Part shown: positions 57,616 through 64,000 of the stretch, piece by piece
Layout of the letters: every line of letters begins with the position of its first letter
Numbering within the stretch: position 1 is the first letter of the stretch
Source: Piromyces finnis finn
Lineage: Eukaryota; Fungi; Neocallimastigomycota
Direction: 5' to 3'
Assembly (NCBI GenBank): GCA_002104945.1
Contig: MCFH01000006.1
Span: 496,001 to 560,000 of the forward strand
Length of the DNA stretch: 64,000 bases
Notes under the pieces: generated by a model
The model's input: the letters and a program-made list of their open reading frames with translations, nothing else
Told to the model about the DNA's origin: nothing
Databases searched by the model: none
Made by a program: the position numbers and the translations under genes

Positions 57616-59341
57616 TTAATCTTTGGAGTGAGAATGTGAATGTGAATGACGTAACATTCTTATTGATTTTCTTTGTGATTCATATAAATCATCCATAAGT
57701 CTTCTTGAAACTCTCTTAATATGCATAAAGTTACAAAAACCACCTCTTTGGCATTCACCTTTTTCGTTTTGACGACAACATGCTATTATTATTGTTATAA
57801 TTATATTTAAAATACAATTTTTTTTTAAAAAAAAAAAATATATACATATATATATATATATATGAGTAAAAAAAGAAAAAATTTAAAATTTGGAGCATTA
57901 TTAATTTATAAAAAATTACCTTCTCTAAAATCTGTTACTGGTGATAATTCAGCATAAAGTGGTTTACCTATAAATATAAAATTTATATCAATAATAATAG
58001 TTTTCATTTTAATTTAGAATTTTATAGTATTAAACTATTACTACTACTAATATAACAATTAGTTATTTTATTACGATATATTGATAAAAATTTACCTGCA
58101 TAGAATCTATTATTTAAATCTTCTACAGCCTTGAGGGCATCTTTTTCATATCTATAACGAATATATACATTTCCCACTAAATGATCCCCTACATTATCAC
58201 ATATTTTCATTTCTTCGATTTCACCATATTTTGCAACTTCAACAAAGAAATCTTCATAGAATAAATCAAAATGTTCTTGAAGTTCTTCTTCAGTCATTTT
58301 ACATTGTGGATCATGTGCTGGATTTTTATATATATTAGCTAATAAAACAGTTGGGGAATAAGTTGGTTTTACATGCTTTCTAGAACAACGTTCACCATGT
58401 CTACAAGCACCAATCTATTAATTTTATTATATTTAAGATACAATTGGTGTTAATTTTTTGATGAAATTTAAAATTCATTACATTTCAATTAATTTTCATA
58501 GATATAAATCAAAGATTATTCATTAAGTTTTTCTTAAATAAAAAAAAAAGTAATCAACTAATATAAATTATTTTTTATAATATAAATTGAAATTTCCAAT
58601 AGAAATACAAATACTACTTTTTGTTTAGATAAATTTATAATTTCGTGTGTGTGTGTTTTATAATTAAATAATTATCAAGGATTTCAATTTTAAAAAATTA
58701 TGCAAAAAAAGAAAGTGCTTAATTTGAATGTTAATAAATTTTCACTAATATTTAATTTCGCTTTTTTTCTTTTTTTTACAAATTTTTATTATTAATTGTT
58801 TTTGATAAATTATTATTATTAGTTGTTTGAGCATTGTTTATTTTTACTTTAACTTTTAATTTTGTTATTATTATCAATGATTTGATGGTTAATTTATATT
58901 AAATTTTGTAAATTTCTTTTAAATCTTAATATATCTTTTTCTTATACATGTATATATTTGTTTTCTTATTATCCATAATATACTACACTTGTTAACTATA
59001 CTGTATTTTATATTGTATAAACTTTTTTAAAAATAAAAATAAAAAAAAAAAAATCAACTAAATATTTAAACCATTTAACTTTTTTCTTAATTTAAAGTTG
59101 ACAATTTTATTAAAACATTAGTTTATATATATATATCATTATTATTTTTTACTTCATATTTAGGATAATATCTAAAATTAAATATAATGCACAATTTTTT
59201 TTATATATAATTTTAAAAAAATTACATTAAAATTAAGAAACACTTATTTATTTTTATTTGTTTAATCTTTACCTTGTAATAAAAACTACAGTTGACTTTA
59301 TCTTTTTCTGTTCCAAAAATACTTGCAAGATGTTCTGCCAT
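57616..59341 (-). CDS. U2AF1: U2 snRNP auxiliary factor small subunit (U2AF35)
   Basis: [37 protein letters not shown]; [25 protein letters not shown]; [26 protein letters not shown]. Confidence 0.97.
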
Positions 59342-59902
59342 ATTTATTATGTTTGATTATTTAATTATTTTAATTATCTGAGAATTAACTTATTGTATAT
59401 AAATAAGATATTTTCTTTAACGTCAAAATGTTTTCTTTTTTTTTTTTGCTTTTTAATAAAGTCAATGACCACTTTTATTTTTTCTTCTTTTTTATATTAT
59501 TTTTATTATTAAAAAATTCTAATATAAAACCAAAAAAATAAAAAAAAAAAATTTAATTTTTTTTACTAAATAGTTTTTTAATTATTAAATTAATTTTTTT
59601 TTTCTTTTTTTCTATTTTTTTTTTTTTTTAAAAAAAATAAAAGCATATAAAAAAAAAAAAATGAAAAAGAATTAAACTTTATAAAAGAAAGACAAATTTA
59701 AAATAGTATTAACAAAATATTAAATGAAAGAAATTCATTATTAATTTAAGAAATTTCATTAGATATTCTTAATTAATTATAAATTAAAATAGTACACTAT
59801 AAGTACTTTATGAATGAATTATAATATATAATATATATGTGTATAACATCCAAAAACATTTTTTTTTTTTTAAAAAAAAAGAATAATAGCAATATAACAG
59901 AG

Positions 59903-60251
59903 ATGGAAGCTAGTTTAATTATTTTTTTTATATTCATAATATTTGTAAGTTATTTAACAATGTTAATTTTACAAAGCTAAAGAAAAAGCAATTTCATATA
60001 AAAGAGAATTTCTATATGATTGCAATACAACCTATTAATAATTTTATTCCTTTTTATCAATTCTAATTCTAATATAAAATGGTTAGGTGCTTATATCAGC
60101 ATGCATATGGATTGTCTTATGCAATACTTGTTGTGGTAATATGTTATTAGAAAGTTTATCAGAAAAAATACCATGTTTGAAATGTTTTGTAAGAGAAAAT
60201 CGTGATTTCTATTCATTTGAAGAGGTTGCTTTATCAGCACAAGAAGTATAG
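59903..60251 (+). CDS. Predicted 68-aa single-pass, Cys-rich membrane microprotein; exons 59903-59944 and 60087-60251
   Basis: Donor GTAAGT, branch-like CTAAT and acceptor TTAG give a phase-0 join. Product: MEASLIIFFIFIIFVLISACIWIVLCNTCCGNMLLESLSEKIPCLKCFVRENRDFYSFEEVALSAQEV. Exon 2 is GC-richer than its flanks. Confidence 0.65.
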
Positions 60252-61292
60252 CAAGTAGGAATAATTAATTAAGGAATGTTATATATTTATTTATTAAAAA
60301 ATAATAATGGAGAAAACAAAAAAAAAAAAAGTGAAGAAATTTGTATTATATTTTTAAAAATATTATATATTATTATAAAATAATAACCTGAAATAAATTT
60401 CAGAATTTTATTGTCATTATTATTATTTAAACTATACTATCAACATAGAAATATATATTTTAATACTATAACATTATTTTTATTATTGTTTATTACTTTT
60501 ATAGGCAATATTAAAAATAAATTGTAATATATATAATATAAATTGTAATTACAAAAAACATAAATAAAATTAATTTTTTTTAAAAAAAAAAATGTAATTT
60601 CCATCTAAAAAGTTTTTTATTATTTCATTTTTTTTTTCATTTTTCTATTTAAACGATTTAATCTTAATTCATCTCGATACTTTTTTATGTTTAAGGCTTA
60701 TAAGGTTTATTATAAGTATTAAAGACAAAAAGAATTGAAATGAATTTTAAAAAAGAAATTTATGAAATGCATTTTAAAACCATTAAATAAAAAAAAATAT
60801 ATATTTTTTTATAAACTTTAAAAATTTTAAAAAATAGATTGGATTTATTAATAATTAAATAATAATATATATAATTATATATATATATAAATTATATTTT
60901 TATTTATTATTGAATTTTTTCTTAAAAAAAAAAAAAGTTCGGTTATTCAAAGGAAAAGATTTATGAAATTTTAAAAATTAAAGAAAGAAAAAATAATATA
61001 TATATATATATTAAAACTATGTGAATAATATTTATATAAAGTAAAAACAAAAACAGAAATATTTTATATACCATTAAACAAAATATATTTTTTTACCCAA
61101 AAACATAAAATAAAAAAAAAAATAAATAATATAAAAAATACCATTAGTTTTTTTTTTTTTTTTTTAATATATATATATAATTATATAATTACAATCAATA
61201 AAATTCTGGATAGAAAGGAAGATTGATTTCATACTTTAGAAATATTTATGATATCTATGAACTTTTTTTTTTAAAAACATATATATATAACA

Positions 61293-62329
61293 ATGGCCAA
61301 TAGACAACCTGTATGGGATATTTCACAAGTTGAAAAAGCTCAAGCATCAAAAAATTTTAATATTAATAATACAAATCAGAAACCCACAAGTTCTTCAAAA
61401 TTACATAATTTAAGAAATGGTCAAATAAATGTTCAAACGTATTATGGTAAATTTTAATTTCATAAAAATACTTTTTATTTGATTTTATATAAAGAATTTG
61501 CTGTAATTTCATTCAATTTCATTATTTTATATATTTTTTAACCATTGTAAAACTATAATGATTTTTATTTATTTATTATTAGATATATATATTTTTGAAG
61601 AAAGATTAAAACAAAATCTTTTACAAATTAAAAAAATACAGAGAAATTATAAAAGTAAGCATTTCATTGTAAGGGTTGAATTTTATACATTATTAAATAA
61701 TTAATTTTATAATTTTATATTATTTCATTTTATAAAACAATATAAATAGTCATAACGTTTGTGTGGGCAACATTTTTTAGTTATTTTTTATGGTGTTTTA
61801 TAGCCTATAGAAATTCAACAGTTATAATAAGTCAGGAAACTGGAGAAATTCAAGTAAATATTAAATTTAATTAAAAAAAAAAATTCATAAATTTTAATTG
61901 TTTCAGATTTAAAATAATAATAACAAATTTATAAAAATTGGTAAACAAATTCCAATTTATAGGGTTATAAAAGAAATAAAATAAATACTATATGTTTATT
62001 AATAATATCTTCTATCGGTTTATATTATCTATTAACTGGAAAAATTCAAAGAAAATTAAATGGACCTGCAAGGTAATACAAATTTGAATTTAATTAATTA
62101 CTTTATAGATTTTTAATTGACATTTTTTTTTTTTTTTTTCAATAGATTTACCCAACAATGTAATAAAACACTGAAACCATTTAATTTACAATTTCATGGA
62201 GATCATAAATATAGATTAAGTTTTTATCGTAGAATACCAAGGCGATTCGTAGAAGGATATATTTTATTTGTTACTGAATTAAAAAAACGCAGTAAATTAA
62301 AAAAGGAAATGCAAAATAAAAAAGAATAA
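61293..62329 (+). CDS. SPO7: Spo7/CNEP1R1-like regulatory subunit of the Nem1-Spo7 phosphatase; multi-exon
   Basis: Spliced DIYIFEERLKQNL..RNYK, two hydrophobic segments, and FTQQCNKTLKPFNL fit the Spo7/TMEM188 layout. Confidence 0.75.
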
Positions 62330-62807
62330 TAATAATTATTTAAAAAATAAATAAATAAAAATGTATAAATAAATGAAATTATAATACTATTAAAATAAAA
62401 ATAAACCATTCTATTTAAAAAAAAAATACTTTTAACAATTCATGTTTAAAAAAAAAAGAAATTTCAATTATTTTTTTTTTCCACCTTTTTTCCCTCTTGT
62501 AATTTTTTTTCATTTTTTCATTTTTTTTTTTTTTTTTTTTTGAAAAAAAAAATAAAAAATACAAATTTTAAATAATAATAAAATTTTAATAATTAAATAA
62601 AATTTTAATTTATTTTTTGAGAAAAATTTTCTACCTTCTTAATTTGTGGTCTGAGATTGAAAAAAGAAAAAAAAAATTTTTTTTTAATCATTTGTCTTTT
62701 AAAAAGCAGCATTTTCTTATTATTTTTAGAATAGAAAAAGGTTTTAAACATTTTAAATTAAAAAGTATTTTTTTATATCGTTATTTTAATATTTAAATAC
62801 TAACAAA

Positions 62808-63958
62808 ATGGTAGGAAAAATTATATTAAATAATAATGAAAATTCATCCACATTATATGTAACAACAATAATAATACTATAATATATATCTATTTACTTA
62901 AATAGTCAAAGGGTTTATCAATTAAGGAAGCATTAAAACTTTGGGTAAATATATCATAATTTTTTGAATTACTTCAATTATGTTATCAAACTAAAATTGA
63001 TCATTAATAATATATTACAGGAAGAAAAAAATGGAACACCAGCTTCAGAAGCCACAGTTATTAAATTATTAATGCAACAACCATTTATTACAAAGATGGA
63101 TGCAACTCTTCAAACTTTACAAGCTTGCGAGTAATATTAGAAAAAATATAATAAATTTAGAAAGTTTTTTTTCCTAATAAAATTAATGATTATATTTTTC
63201 TTTTATTCTTTTTTTTTTTTTTTTTTTTTGACATTAAAAAAATATATATTGAAATATAACAATATAAATAAAAAAAAATGAAAATTTGAACATCCTACCA
63301 ATAACTAAAATATGATGGATATATAAATAATAATATATTAGACATTTATCATTATCTACAAATAATATTGAAAAAATAAGTAATTTAAATGGATTAAAAT
63401 TAAGAGTATTATCTCTTGGAAGAAATAATATTAAAAAGATTGAAGGTTTAGATGCAGTATCAGAAACTCTTGAAGAACTTTGGATATCATATAATCTCAT
63501 TGAAAAGTTTAATGGTATAGAATGTTGTAAAAAGTTAAAGGTATTATATGCAAGTAATAACAAAGTTAAAGCTTGGGAAGGAATTACATGTTTGGTAATA
63601 TATTTAAATTATCAATATATATAAAAAATAAAATAAAAAAAAAAAAAATACATAAATTTTACTGAAAGATATAAGAAATAATTTTCAATCATATTATTTT
63701 ATTGTAATAAAATAATTATTTATATTAATATATAAATTTTTTTTAATAACAACAATTCTAATAAAAATCAAATTACAAATACTTCAGAGTAGTCTTCCTG
63801 CTCTTGAAGATGTATTATTATCTGGTAATCCATTGGAAGAAAAATGTACTGCGGAAGGTACATGGAGAGATGAATTTACCAAAAAATATACTCAAGTTAA
63901 AAAATTAGATGGTAAACAAATTATCAGAGAAGAAGAAGAAGGAGAAGAAGAAAGTTAA
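62808..63958 (+). CDS. DNAL1: Axonemal dynein light chain 1 (LC1, leucine-rich repeat); first coding exon is the ATG alone
   Basis: [65 protein letters not shown] and VKKLDG. Confidence 0.95.
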
Positions 63959-64000
63959 AAAAGAAATTTAACTTACAAACTTTTTTTATTTGAATTCAAG

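Overview
Extremely AT-rich, intron-rich eukaryotic DNA. Fungal-type genes plus flagellar genes (IFT57, DNAL1) point to a zoosporic fungus, most likely an anaerobic gut fungus (Neocallimastigomycota); this assignment is inference. Bases 1-9000 are a nested retrotransposon pair. An intact Ty3/gypsy chromovirus (2486-8739, minus strand, two 603-bp LTRs that look identical by eye, one 1529-codon gag-pol ORF) sits inside the polypurine tract of a Ty1/copia element, with a GGGGG target-site duplication. The gypsy element has no tRNA-type PBS but carries the sequence signature of Tf1-type self-priming. The rest of the window holds spliced genes: hexokinase, a CBM48-Rab-like GTPase fusion, a ClC transporter, COG2, transaldolase, an ERp38-type PDI, DSK2, SWI1/ARID, a Pib2-like FYVE protein, a Cys-rich/TM/SH3 receptor-like protein, IFT57, U2AF1, SPO7 and DNAL1. 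Two further small spliced ORFs are absent from the ORF track: a 142-aa secreted/GPI-like protein and a 68-aa Cys-rich membrane microprotein. The strongest novelty candidate is the CBM48-Rab fusion (17034-18785), which has lost the G2/G3 switch residues and the prenylation cysteines. All exon models were reconstructed by hand from GT-AG sites and frame continuity; no database searches or RNA data were available.
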